Below the pieces are notes generated by a model. The model worked only from the letters and a program-made list of their open reading frames with translations, made no database searches and was not told the origin of the DNA. A stretch of DNA of 64,000 bases from Magallana gigas (Eukaryota): the NCBI RefSeq assembly GCF_963853765.1, contig NC_088859.1, forward strand, positions 8,804,001 to 8,868,000. Direction: 5' to 3'. Shown here in pieces: positions 23,198-36,500 of the stretch (position 1 is the first letter of the stretch; every line of letters begins with the position of its first letter). A program made the translations under genes and the position numbers.

Positions 23198-23578
23198 ATG
23201 TTAGCGCTGAATGCGAGCGAGAGTGGCTTAGCGGAACCATGTACCGTTACTGTGACCTCATCCGAGTCTAGCACGGTAGCAGAGGACTTTCAAAAAACCG
23301 ACAAAGAGGCTCTGTTTTATATAATAACTGTGCTGATGTTTTACGCTGTAAGCATTGTCACCCTTATGGTCAAATATCTACGGCAAGAGAAACAAGAAGC
23401 GGAGTACACCAATTACTATTATGAGTATGTGTCACGTGACAAGTTCCAGGACCCTCTCTACCAAAATTCCCTGAACGTGCAGCGAACGCTGAGCGCCGTG
23501 CGCGACAGTTATAATAAAGTCGTTCCAACAGACTGCATACCCCACACAAAGCAAGCTTTCTCGGAGACCAGCGTCTAG
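23198..23578 (+). CDS. 126-aa single-pass type I/III membrane protein, KCNE/MinK-like candidate
   Basis: Intronless ORF with an N-terminal sequon (NAS), one TM segment (ALFYIITVLMFYAVSIVTLMV), juxtamembrane KYLR, a YYEYV motif and C-terminal ETSV. A non-coding upstream exon is suggested by a donor at ~22686 (TAC|GTAAGT) and an acceptor at 23111. Confidence 0.8.
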   Translation: MLALNASESGLAEPCTVTVTSSESSTVAEDFQKTDKEALFYIITVLMFYAVSIVTLMVKYLRQEKQEAEYTNYYYEYVSRDKFQDPLYQNSLNVQRTLSAVRDSYNKVVPTDCIPHTKQAFSETSV

Positions 23579-24392
23579 CTATATAGTTATATCAAAACCG
23601 AACTCCTGGAAAACTTTTGCACCGTTGGGAGTAGGTAGTTCGATCTGTCCTGAAGTTCTTATTTCTTTATGATGAGATTTTATACCACACTGTTTACATA
23701 TGTCACAGAAACTTAGACTAAATAAAACATTCAGTGTTTTTACTTTTTAGAAATACCATATTATAGCCGTTATTGGGCTCGTTCTTGTCAGTGAAATTCT
23801 CTTGGCAAATGATTCAAGAAATGGGGTTTTGGAATTTGATTGACGAGAAAAATTGTATGCAAGGAAAGTTTCGCCCTGGTTTATATTCGTCCCGTCTTAT
23901 ATTTTTCCCTATATATTTTCGCTTTATTTACCCTCATTTTCATTTGGCAAATTTATCGATAATTACAATTGTGTTAAATTAATTTAAAACGGGCAGAAAT
24001 CTTAATTTTAAATAACTAAATAACTTTAGTGGTGAAAATAAAAGGGCGCAAATATAATCCTGTATATTCAGTAATAATCCAAAGGTTTGTACTTTCACAA
24101 TTTTTTAAATGTTCCCCAATTTATTTTGCAGAAGACATGATTGTTTGTTGAACTGTGATAGACATATGCTAACCAACAAGTATGTAGAGGTTAAAGAAGA
24201 AAGAGAGAGGGGGGAGAGAGATTTTTATTGACAATTTTTGATCGATAAGCAGACCCCTTCTAATTCTGACCATAATTGGAGTAGACATGTCGCCACAGAA
24301 AACCCACCACCGCCACCAAGCATGTAGCGTTGATTTATGGATCCAAGACCTCTAGTATTTACTTATACAAAAGATGATGCAGGAATCAATAG

Positions 24393-24397
<5 letters not shown>

Positions 24398-24438
<41 letters not shown>
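24398..24438. repeat. (AG)n microsatellite
   Basis: Pure dinucleotide run. Confidence 0.98.
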
Positions 24439-24442
<4 letters not shown>

Positions 24443-25696
24443 AATCAAGTTTTACAGATTGAAGAAAAACAAACGGGATAACATCATATCCAAATTAGTT
24501 TTGGAGGAAAACAGATTTTTCAATTCTTCCCCGGGCAAGCTGCATGGAAGAGTCATCAATCTTTGAGCGGAAATCAAACGAAAGGCCACACTAATATAAT
24601 TTCTTGTTCGTTAGACCCCGAGCGCTCATATTTAAATAAAACTTTACGAATAACATTATATATTATTAATTTCCCACATCCAGGAATTTCTGCGCTGTTT
24701 TCTGTTCTATTTCCGCTCTATTCTTGCATTTTTTTCAAAGCATATGTAGTTTTATTTTATAAATCAGAAACAAGTAGAGGAAATGTAACCGTCCGCTCAA
24801 ATTTACTTATGTACCGCCTAAAAATGTTTGCTACAAATTTTTATTTTTATTTTTTAATCGCTCGCCCGCTCGTTCTCTTTTTCACTGAATGTCGGTCAAG
24901 CAGATATGTGTGGCCAAAATGAAAAAAAATCTTTGGTGGAGACAAATAGAACCATTTTAACAAGACCTTGGAGTTTTGGTAGGATGTAACTATATCTTTT
25001 TTGCATCAAAGCTAGTTAAAAATGACGCTGGTTCCAAGAGAAATATGCAGAGATTGCGTAGTCTTAGCTCAAATGCCAGACAAATCTTGTTGCTTTCAAA
25101 GAGTTCTGGCTGCATGAGGAACAGGCAGGCCTACGCCACATTGCTGTTTGACACAACTACTCAAAGTTCTAGCTCTTTTTAAAATGGTTCTAATGTTCAA
25201 ATAAGCGATATAAGCGACAAATAAATCGGTAGCTGTTCTAGCCGAACGACCTGGAGTTGGAGAATAGCAAAAATATAGACTCTTCATACCGGTACTTGTA
25301 TGCAAGCCAAGAATTGAAAAGTTCGATGAAACATTAAATTTAATGCGAGAAATTAACTGCCTGCTTCAAAACAACTGATGTAGAACAAGCCAAATGATGT
25401 ATGATTTCGGGAAGGGGTACGTAATCATGTTTCTTTAGGACACGTTGCGAATGCAAGCATGGATCATGGATCTAAATACCTTTATAGAACCGTTTAAAAT
25501 GAGCTTGGACTTTGGGCAGTACGTGATCAACTCCGATTTGATGAAGGCGGGGTCTTCTTGTGGTTAACTGTCATTGGCTAATATATATGCATATATTGAA
25601 CGCAATGACACTCGTCCGACTTCATCCAGGGATGTATAATATACCGGTAATTCACTGAAACAGCGTCAGTTTCACACAGCAGAGCAGCGGCTTTGA

Positions 25697-27954
25697 TAGT
25701 CTTGTCTATGGCACGCCAAATTCACAAAAATGAGCTAAACATAGTTTCACAGTCGATAAACTAGGTTTATCGACTGTTAACTATAGTTTACGGATCGATA
25801 ATCTATGTTTCACATCTGTAAACTATAGTTAACACCGAAAACAATCATTTGCGGTTGTTAAACATAGTTTATCTGATAAATAGGGTTTTATGATCAGGAA
25901 ACCACGGTTTACAAATCTAAAGCACGCCAAATTCACATAAATTAGCAAAACATAGTTTCACAGTCGATAAACTAGGTTTATCAGCTGTTAACTATAGTTT
26001 ACGGATCCTAAACTATAGTTACAGACGTTAATCTATATTTCACATCTGTAAACTATAGTTTACGAATGTATATCTATGTTTTCTGTCTGGAAATACACGT
26101 TAACAATAGATTTTGCTGATAAATATAGATTCACATCTGTAAACTATAGTTTACATTCGTAAACTATAGTTTAGAATTGATAAATATAGTTTCACGATTG
26201 TGAAACTATATTTATCAGATAAACTATGTTTTACAATCGTTAATTATAGTTTTCGGTTCTAAACTATAGTTAACTGTCATTTATATTTATAAATTTAAAA
26301 GACATAAACTATAATTCACGATCCTACACTATAGTTTTGAGAGATGAACTATTATTTACGTTTGTTAATCATAGTTTATCGTCCTACCCCGACTATAATT
26401 GTCGTTCGTAAACAATAGTTTACGTATGTTAAACATAGTTTATGCGTATAAATGTGTGTTAACTATAGTTTTCAATTTAAAATCTCGAGTAACCAATCGT
26501 GAGAGGCGATACAAAATGTGCTCCATTGTAAAAATGGCTCTTCATAGGGAAGCACGTGCGAATTTGCCCTCCGTACAAAAAAAAGATCGTTACATTGTCA
26601 GTATGCCTAAATGTAAAAATTGATATATAGCCTACCCATATTTTCGCTGTTGCTGGCCATCGCGTCCCTCATCAGCTTCCGCCGTACAGTAAATACAATA
26701 AAAAAAAGCCAGCGTTTTTTGTTGTTGTTGTTTGTATTAATTTTTTTTAAATCAAAATAAAAAAGGTTAAGTTATTTTAATAATTTCACTTGCCATAAAG
26801 TTATCGAAAAATCACTTTTCTTGTCAAAAAGAAATATATATCATAACAACCAATGAAAATGGTCGTTGTTTAGGCAAAATCTTATCTTGCTGTAACTAGG
26901 ATTAACGTATCTATGATTTACGAACAAAACTCTAGTTAACTATAGATTCAATCGTAAACTATAGTTTAGGGTCGTAAAATATAGTTTCACAGAGAATTCC
27001 GCATGTCAGATACTAAATGAGAGATTCTGTTTGTAAACCATGCTTTACAAACGTAAAACTATGTTTATCACATTTTTGTGAATTTGGCGCCTTAATGTCT
27101 AAACAATACAATTTGCATTCGTGAACTATAGTTTAGAGTTGTTAATCATAGTTTCACAATGGTGAAACTATATTTATCAGATAAACTATGTTTAACAATC
27201 GCAAATGATTGTTTTCAGTGTTAACTATGGTTAACAGATGTGAAACATAGATTATCGCGTTAACTATAGTTTACAGACGTGAAATATAGATTAACGTCGT
27301 TAACTATAGTTTTCGATCCGTAAACTATAGTTAACCTAGTTTATCGACTGAGAAAATATGTTTAGCTCATTTTTGTGAATTTGTCTGATAAATGTAGTTT
27401 CACGATTTGTGAAACTATAATTAACAACGCTAAACTTTAGTTTACGATTGTAAATTATAGTTAACAAATGTGAATCTATATTTATCAGCAAAATCTATTG
27501 TTAACGTTTTTTACAGATAGATAAACTATGATTATCATTCGTAAACTATATAGTTTACATTCGTGAAATATAGTTTCACAGATGTAAACTATAGTTAGCG
27601 AATCGTTAACTATAGTTTAGGATCCGTAAACTATAGTTAACAGCTGATAAACCTAGTTTATCGACTGTGAAACTATGTTTAGCTCATTTTTGTGAATTTG
27701 GCGTGCCATACTTGTCCCATGATCACCTGCCCTAGGGGTGTATTCGTTTGGTCGATTGGAGAGCTGCAAGAGTAATCCTAATTTGCTCGTTTGCAGTATT
27801 GAGATCTCCAGTAGATCTCCATTGTCTACTTTTCAAATAGTAGGTAGACAATGGAGATCTACTGGAGATATTCAGGACCAGTTCTGGAGGTAGCAAGCGA
27901 ATACACCCGCTGCTCTTCGATTGGAGAGCAGCCCGGGATCATGGGACAAAACTA
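25697..27954. mobile_element. Small MITE (~250 bp when reconstructed) whose left TIR is split by a later insertion
   Basis: Reconstructed left TIR TAGTCTTGTCCCATGATC (25697-25700 + 27711-27724) versus right TIR GATCATGGGACAAAACTA (27937-27954), 17/18 match. Internal hairpin ATCTCCAGTAGATCTCCATTGTCTAC...GTAGACAATGGAGATCTACTGGAGAT. Confidence 0.75.
25707..27710. mobile_element. 2.0-kb non-autonomous foldback-like DNA transposon (IS3EU-like ends)
   Basis: First 65 nt identical to the reverse complement of the last 65 nt (TATGGCACGCCAAATTCACAAAAATGAGCTAAACATAGTTTCACAGTCGATAAACTAGGTTTATC); exact 6-bp TSD CTTGTC; arms of many AACTATAGTT modules around a unique core (~26450-26900); no transposase ORF. 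Confidence 0.92.
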
Positions 27955-28411
27955 CGGTTTTGACAATCTATGAATATAAATAAGGTTCTCATAGCGAATT
28001 AGAAGAAAGGAGGTCAAATCTGGTCAATGCTTCACAGCTTGTTTTGATGAGCAAACAAGACAGTAACATCCTACCGAAAGCCCAAGCTCTTGTTAAAACG
28101 GTTCTACATGTATTTTAATCAAAGCTTTATTTTCCGTTAATCACTTTACCATAGTATTTTCAAATATGACGTTCAAGATTTGGAAAAAAAAGAAGAAGGA
28201 GTGTACAGTTAAAGATACATTTAAATGTTTTATATGTTAAAAAAAAAACACAATTAAGATAAATCTAAGAATATCCTGAGAAAAATAATGTATCATGGCG
28301 TACAAAACATTGCTTTATGTGTAATAAACTTGGTGTTTTTAAGATTGACTAGTGTTGCCAATGCAGCATTTTGTTTCTAAAATAGGATTGCCCATGTGGT
28401 AAACAAGAAAT

Positions 28412-28640
28412 ACCAGCAGAACATTATGCTCTGAACTACATAGCCTAGTGTTCTTTACTAAAGGAACAAGCGTAGGATGGCGTTTTATACCAGTGGTATC
28501 GTATGCGTTTTCTGTAATACTAGTATGGTTGACCGTGTACTAAACAAGACCAGCACAGGATTGTGTTCTGAACTACTCAACCTTACAGCCCATAGTGTTA
28601 ATAAATGAACCAGCGTAGGATGGTGTTCTATACCAGAGAT
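28412..28640. repeat. Degenerate tandem repeat (~140-bp period, ~70-bp subunit)
   Basis: Recurring ACCAGC..AGGAT.GTGTTCT motifs at ~28412, 28465, 28549 and 28610. Confidence 0.6.
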
Positions 28641-28848
28641 GTTTGCAATATTAAGGTCACCTTTGTGACGTTGTCTTAATTCAGTACTAATCAGTAACAA
28701 TGAAGAGGTCAGGGTCGCAGGCCTAGTCACCAGTCTGAGCTCGTCACCTCAAAGCAAAATTACTGTTAAAAGATCACAGTGATTGCCACAGGCTCCTGGC
28801 ATTAAAATATTTCTTTCTATAGCTATAAGATTTTCCCTGCACTTTACA

Positions 28849-29425
28849 TTATTAGCTCACCTGAGCCTTGTCCGTCGTTTACCGTTGACATTGTGGTAAA
28901 CTTTTTACATTTTCACCTTCTACTCCTAAACCACTACCACTTCGCCAATTTCAACAAAACTTGGCACAATGCAATATTGCGTGATGGGGATTCAAATTTG
29001 TTCAAACGAAGGGCCACATCCTCTTAAAAGGGTAGATTTGAATTTTTGAAATGTTCTTCGTATTTTTCAAAATCTTCTCTAAAACCATGTGGTCAGAAAA
29101 GCTGAAACTTGTGTGGAAACAGCCTCAGGTAGTGTTAGTTCAGGTTTGTTCAAATCATCAGCCCAAGGGTTAAGATGGGGACCACAACTGGTTTTTTTTT
29201 TGACAATGCATTAGAGAAACATCTTTTTAAATCTTTAATCTTATTCTGAAAAACTGAAACAACAAAAGGAGCTCAATGTTTAACTTAAGAATAAGTTGAG
29301 AAAAATTTGAAAATTATGGTATATTCTCTACTAAGTTCTCTAGATATTTTTGTATTTGAAACTTGAAGACAGGTCTAAAGCTTTTGTTGCTGATGCGAGT
29401 GGTGTGGCCCCCTGAACATCTTGTT
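28849..29425 (+). mobile_element. Degenerate non-autonomous Helentron-like (HINE) element
   Basis: 5' TTATTAGCTCACCTGAGC, body similar to 39892-40690 (AAACTTGGCAC, GCTGAAACTTGTGTGGAA, CTCAGGTAGTG), 3' GTGGCCCC...CTTGTT end. Confidence 0.7.
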
Positions 29426-30509
29426 TCTGTAGAGGGAATAATCTTAATAATGAAAGAAATATTTTTAAATTAGGCGCATGTCAGTATAACTAGTCACCAT
29501 TGAGGTGTCTTATTCTGTCACTATCTAGGCATAGTATTCTGTACGTCACCAGCATATTATACTAACAGGCACTATCAGGCAGTGTACTTTGAGAGGGAAG
29601 AGCTGGACATGAAGAATCAACAAAGTGCAATTCGTAACACTGAGCTTTTCTTTACAATTTATTTTACAAAGTAAATTTCGATCATGATATGAATAACATT
29701 TACAACAATGAAATTTGATGCCTAGTTAAGAAAATTACAACACAAGCACATGTCCATTGCATTATGACACCATGAGAAAAAGCCCCTAGTCTGGGACAAG
29801 AGCCCCAATGGTTGTGCTGTACATAAAATTATACATAACCCATTCATTAAAAATTACATGTATAAATAAAAAAGAAACATTTCACACAGTAAAAAGAGGG
29901 AAATTTAGCTCTGTATGTCATAAGAAAAAACAATCTAGATAACATTGTGTCCTCATAAAACTCAACTAATGCATATGCATGTATATTTTCATAGGTCATA
30001 AACTGCTTAACTGTAAAAAATGTAGAAGTCTGGGAATATTCACACAATGCAACATATGAATGATTCATAAGAAACATATTCATAAGAAACATTTTAACAG
30101 GTATGCAGAAATACAAGATGAAGATTTTGATAATGTGTCTAAACATTTTGAACAAATCACACATTCGAGTATGAATGAAATGAACAATTTTTTAATTCGG
30201 TCGTCAATTAATCAAACCTTTAATTTCACAATTTCAATCTGAATCACAACTTTCCAGATTAACAATCTGCCATATTTATACACAGTTCCATCCCCTATTA
30301 TTTGGTGTGGTTCATCCAGAAGTGAGAAATCATTGTGGATTTTATCCAGAAGTAGAGGAGAAAAATAATTGTGGATTACATCCAGAAATCACAGTTTGCA
30401 CAGAGACCATGGAAAGCCATTTACAGCAAGTGTTTAGCTCCCCTTGATTACACTTCCAGACACCCTGCTGCCATTGTTTGGTAAAAATAAGAAATCGTCT
30501 GAGGGGTGG

Positions 30510-33500
30510 TCACGATATCATCTGGAAAATAAATCAAATTTGGTTAAAATGTAATGAATTTATTTTGTCCTTTGCTTACTACAATAATAAATCATACAAC
30601 AATATCATATACAATCTATATTTAAGGAATAAGGAATCATTCTTTGAGTATTATGAGGTGATAATTTTGGTCGGGGCATGGTCAAACCCAACAAAGCCCG
30701 AAGGGCTTTATGATAGATTTGACTACGCTCCAATCAAAGTTATCACCTCATAATATTCAAATAATGATTCCTTATTATTAATATTTATATATTTCCAATT
30801 TGTACACTTTAAAACAACATTTTAAAACCACTATTTTATCATATAGCACATGCTATTTATTACTACGTGGCACAGCAAACACTGTTTTTCAGTTATGCTA
30901 TAAGACACATCCATTTTCTGTCACTCATGTTTTATGAAGTTATTTGGCTGGAGGGTTCAAAAATTGATTTGTAGAGTTATTACAAAGAGAGTTGAAAATG
31001 TAAATATAATGTGTATCTACAACATATTCATGTGATATTATTATACATAACATAATATATATGCACAGAAAATACTCAATGGTGATAAAAAAATGTATTA
31101 GATAAAGCAATTTCATGAATATCGTTAAAAAGAACTATACTTCCATCAGATTATAAAATGATGAAGCATAAAATACCTCTCGAACTGTTTCTTTGATGAA
31201 ATCTTTTTTATCTGACAGATCAAATGTTGGATACTTTGAATAAACCTGTAAAAAAAAATAAAATAAAAAAATTAACTGAAATTTCTTAAATCTATAATGA
31301 CAAACATCTCATCATAATATTCAAACAATTCATTTGCCTCATTTGCATTATTTTTGTTTTTGAAAATGATACACACCAGAAGACCAGAAGAATGAAGCAA
31401 AGTAAGCTTAATCAGTTGTTCTCATTCCCATCTCTTACATGTACATAGTAAATAAATCAATCAGCATCTTTTATTAATGTTTCAAAAAAATAGTACATTG
31501 TAATAGCATTGAATGCCCTACACTTTTTTTAAAGACTTCAAACAGCATCTTAAACCATGGTCCCATCAAGTGTATGCGTTTATTTATGTACCAGGATTCA
31601 TGCATGTTTTTGTGGTGACCAGCAATGAAGTTCACAGCATAGTACTGACCTGTTTGACAACTGTTTTCATGGTCACTTCTTCTAAGTTGGCTTTGTCGAG
31701 GATCTTCTTTATTAAACCCTTCAATTCTTTATCCTATGTGGAATAAAAAGTTAATTAAGTTAATAAGAAAATATCAACAAACTCTCATCTCCCTATTCAA
31801 ACTTCTAAAATACCAGGGGTTTTCCTTGCTTAGTTTTGGGTCCGTTTACCGGACCCATTCCCAATAAAAAAAATTACCAATATTTTCCCAAAACAAGATC
31901 CAAATTTCCCAATCAAGTGTCAATAATTTTAAATATCAGAACATGTTCTGCTGGTATATAAAATGCAACTTAAACAGCTTTTTTCTTCATATTTGTTTAT
32001 TACTGAGCATAAATAATGGACCAACTAGGGGGCGACTTCAGTGACACTTTCGTTTTCCGTAACTTCGCCAGAATTTCCTCATACTGTGCATTGATTTCAA
32101 CCGATGTTAACTTCTTTATAGTGATGATTTTTAAAATTGGTAATTTATAATTAGTTAATAATTGTGCCTATTTAATGCTAAAATTATCATAAAATTGTAA
32201 ATCTGCAATTCTTTACAAAATTAAAGTTTCTCTGCATAATGGTTGAAATTAGGTCAAAGGGTAGGACTAAATACCCCAAATGCAAATATTGCCATTTTGC
32301 AAATAATTATTTTATTGTATGTTTGTCAATTGGCTTACATAATTAAGAAACATTTCTTCTATAAAAGGTAAAAATGCATGAATTTAATTAACTATTTCAA
32401 ATTGGAAAACTTTTAGAAATTTGAGGAAAAAAAGTACTGGTATTTATTTTAATCTTTGAATATAAGTGTGTGTTTGCTTCAATTTTATTTCAGTAACACT
32501 CATTATTTAAAAATCAAGTTTAAAATCTGTATAAATCATTGTTACATCATAAAATGAATTACATAAATTTCTGTAAGTTGTATTTTTTACACATTCTTTA
32601 AGCACAGTTTTACAAGTAGTTGTTTGGCTGTAGTATATATAGAACCGATCAGGTATAGACAGGTCATCGAAGAGCAATCAACCCTTTGGAACACAAGTTT
32701 TTGTTTAAAGGTACATGTGCGTACGATGAAGTATAATATGTATTTAAATTTAAAATTTACATTATATTTTGTAGTTATATTTGGAAATATACAATTATTG
32801 GGCCTAATTCAAGTTCATCGCTATTAAAGTCGCGTGCTGATTGTATATTACGGCGAATAAACTGGTTGATAGCTAACTCACTCTAACACCTATGTTGTTG
32901 TTATTTATAAAATACTTAGGATAAAAAACTTTATGTTCGGATGAGTGAAACGAAGGAGAACATAAGTCTTCCAAACTTCTCACTAATTTCCGTGGGGGAG
33001 AAGTATAAAATTTGCCACAGGTTGGTCCTCAAATAAAACTAGTACTTTTTTTGTAATTTTCCCAATTTGAACAGTTTACACGTGATTAACATGTCATTTT
33101 TCCCAATTCTACAGACCCTGGCCCCAGTTTAAAAACAGTAGGAAAACCCCTGAATACATTAACTCTACTTTGACATACTGAAGGGGGTTGTGGCTCCTTC
33201 TTCTTTGCAAGTGGTTCTTCATCAGAATCTTCATCACTCTCTTCATCTGATGACTCTGAAAGACATAACACTCTTTACAAAACCATTTAAAGTTTGGATT
33301 TGTTTTTATTTTATCATATTTTTTTGCATGAATCCTAAGAACGTTTGTTTGTGTCATATTTAAAAACGAATTTCTTATAGAAATAATATATAATTCACAA
33401 TCGGATTACAATAAAAACAGTCATCTAAAAATGGTAGGACCGGGGCATTTTTGTAGGTTAGGTTGGGTTACCCTAAACACACAACTTTTTTATTTGGCCC

Positions 33501-36500
33501 AATTACTTCTCATAATGCTGGTCAACAAAATGAAAGATACTAGTATGCACATGTCAGATAGAGAAATCATATTTGTTTTGTGCAATAGAACTTGAAACCA
33601 ATGAAAACTTATTTGAACCCATCAATTAATGTACATCAAAATCAATTACTGTTGTAACATACTACAGTAGATTGTTACTTAATTTCGCTATTTTCATCAA
33701 ATTGAGAATATAAAATCGCAAATGCCAAATTTTAATAATAGTTTCATAAAGTTTATATCTGTCAGACATTATTAAAACAAGATTTTACGATTCTTGAGAT
33801 GTGTTTCTCACAATTTTTTGCAAATATCAATTCCTCACATTAAATTAGGAATAGGAATCTACAGTATAGTTGTAAATACTATTTCGTTGGCTAAAACATA
33901 CCAATCTATCTACATGATTTTGAAATTACATCTTATACAGTAGTTTTAAAGTGTAACCCTACCCCCTAACCCAGTTTGTATGAGTAAGCTATTGAATCCT
34001 AATTTTTTGTACACTAAGCTTCAGATAATTTTAACTCAGTGACCATATGCAGTATGCAGACTTTAATATTGTATTTCTTTATACCTGCTTTCTTTGGTGA
34101 GGCTTTCTTTTCCTTTTTAGCCTCTTTTTTTGGAGCAGCCTTCTTTGCCGCAGGTTTCTTAGGTGTTTCTGTTTTCTTTTTCTTTGCTGGAGGAGTCTGA
34201 AAATAAAATTTAATCAGCTGTCAGCCAAATAAATAATGAGACAATCTTATGCTTGACTAACCTCTAACGCCCCATGAAATTAATTTTTAGATTCTCATCC
34301 CTGCCCGCCCCTCTGAAAATGGGCCGCCCCAATGCATTTTCTTTTACTTTGAAATTTTTTTTTAAAAAAAATCAGGCTCGGTATACAAAAAATTCTAAAA
34401 CATATTAATGGCTGCCTAAACATGTGGATTCAAGTCATGTTTCTTATCACAAGGATACAAATGTCTTCATGCATCAACAGTTAAGTCGAAATAAAATGGA
34501 ATTAAAAGATTACAACTGGGTTTGTGTACTCATATTAGCATTAACAACTTAAAAGAATAAAGCAGTTGTTATATCTAGAACATAAACGGTGAAAAGGGTG
34601 TTTTAAAAAAAAATAAAAATATAATAATATATAAAATCCGCCCACCCGCCCAATCTTTTTTGCAAATCAGGATGAGAATCTAAATATTAATTTTATATGG
34701 CCTAAATAGATATCATTAATAACAAAACTTTCATTTACTAAAATATGCTTATGAAAAAATACAACATTTAACTTCTCTTGATTGTTGAAAAGACAGCATT
34801 AATTCTTCACAGTTTATCATGAGCAACTAAAACTAAATCTTACATCTTCTTCCTCTTCTGCTGATGAAGCAGAGTCTTCTTTGCTTTCATCGTCTGATTC
34901 TTCTTCACTCTCAGAGTCCTCAGCGTCTGACGATGTTTTCTTTTTGCTGGCACTTTTAGGAGTTTTTTCCTTCTTTGCTACTTTTTTCTTTCCCTCGGCC
35001 TTGCCTCCAGTTTTTGACTTCCCTGGGTAGGAGCAAAACAGTTTACTAAATAAATACAGTTGTTTTACCGGTAACGAACCAGTTTGTGGTTTCGTCGTGA
35101 ATGCGACTATTATTATCGGAATTCCAAATGGTTTTATTTTTTGTTTAAATCATGTTTATTTGTCCTTCTAAAATGTAGTATTAAATTTCCGAAAAATATA
35201 AAGGATGAATTACAGAGATAGTAATTTCAACACTCCCTCCATTTTCCCAGTTTCGAATACGTTTTCCAATATCGAATCAAGCGCCCTCTATCATTTCTGA
35301 CCGAATATTTTGGGGCGGATTAATTTTAAAAATGATGCACTAGAGGTACATGTCAATGGATTTATAAATGAAGAAGGAAAAATAATTGTGAAAGTATGTT
35401 ATTCAAACAAATAATATGATCGTTATTTTTTTATCGATGTTATTCAAACAAATACTATGATCGTTATTTTTATCGTACCGTTTTCCAGTCAAATTGAAAC
35501 TGGACTTGAACAGTTTTCATTTTGCGTCACTTTGTGAAATTGAATTTTCATGAAAACACTTTATAATAGTAAATGATGATAAGTAGTTGCCATTTGCCAT
35601 TGTTTTGCCTGTATATCTATCAATATATCCAGCCAAATAATACTTCTGTCGCAATGAACCGACACTAGGAAAACTACACGTGGTTCTTTTTAAGTCGTAA
35701 TTTCATTCAAAGCTCCATTATTGTTTGATAAGATGCATAATCTTATTAAATTGATTATAATTACTAATTATCCACTAAAAAGGGGTCAATAACAAACTTA
35801 TTTTCATAGTTAGGTTTAATTGTTTTTACACTTTCGTTTTTTCTGCCTTGCACTTCCGGCAGTTCTTATCTGGGTCACTTTTTATTTAGTAAACAATACG
35901 ATAAATAACCGTGCAAATGTCAAGCAACTCAGCACACTGATAGAATATTCATAACTACGTAGCTTGGATTTTTAAAACCTTAAATTCGTTTTTCATCGAT
36001 AATTTTTCTAAAAATTATTCGATCCTGGCAAATATTCGTTATAGGTAAAACGACTGTATATTATTCCTCAATAACTATGAAAAATTAATATCAAGGTATA
36101 AAATCTTACTTTTTCGTTTTTTGGAAGCTGGAATGCCTTTTCCTGAGTCTTTTGGACATAAACAAAAATCAAGTATTCTCTCTGCTATTTCATCACGAAC
36201 TCCTTTTCTCTCTAAATCCAACACCTCACACACTTTCTTAAGGACAGCTACAGTGTTTCTTTAAGAGAAAATAACAATCATTATAAAAAGGGGGAAAACT
36301 CTACATTAAACACCATGTCAAAATCTTTATAATTTAACATTGCATCCATAATGCAACTAATATATAACAAAGTTCTCCATAAAAAGTAGTGGTATTGCTT
36401 ATATACTGGTGCATAAGAGTAAAAAAAAAAAGATTTAAAAAAAGAAAATAAATTCAATTTTGTATTCCTTTAGTTTATGTTCTTCCAATTTATTTCTAAA

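Larger units (their letters stand above)
24947..28106. mobile_element. Old DNA transposon remnant with ~45-bp imperfect TIRs (outer shell of a nested cluster)
   Basis: 24947-24991 versus the reverse complement of 28062-28106: 39/45 identical (TAGAACC.TTTTAACAAGA.CTTGG..TTT.GGTAGGATGT.ACT). A further degenerate left end lies at ~25485. Confidence 0.7.

Noticed and set aside
35397-35476. ~40-bp tandem duplication in a DEK intron (also a 16-bp one at ~56597)
   Set aside because: Ordinary slippage duplications that do not overlap splice sites or other functional signals.
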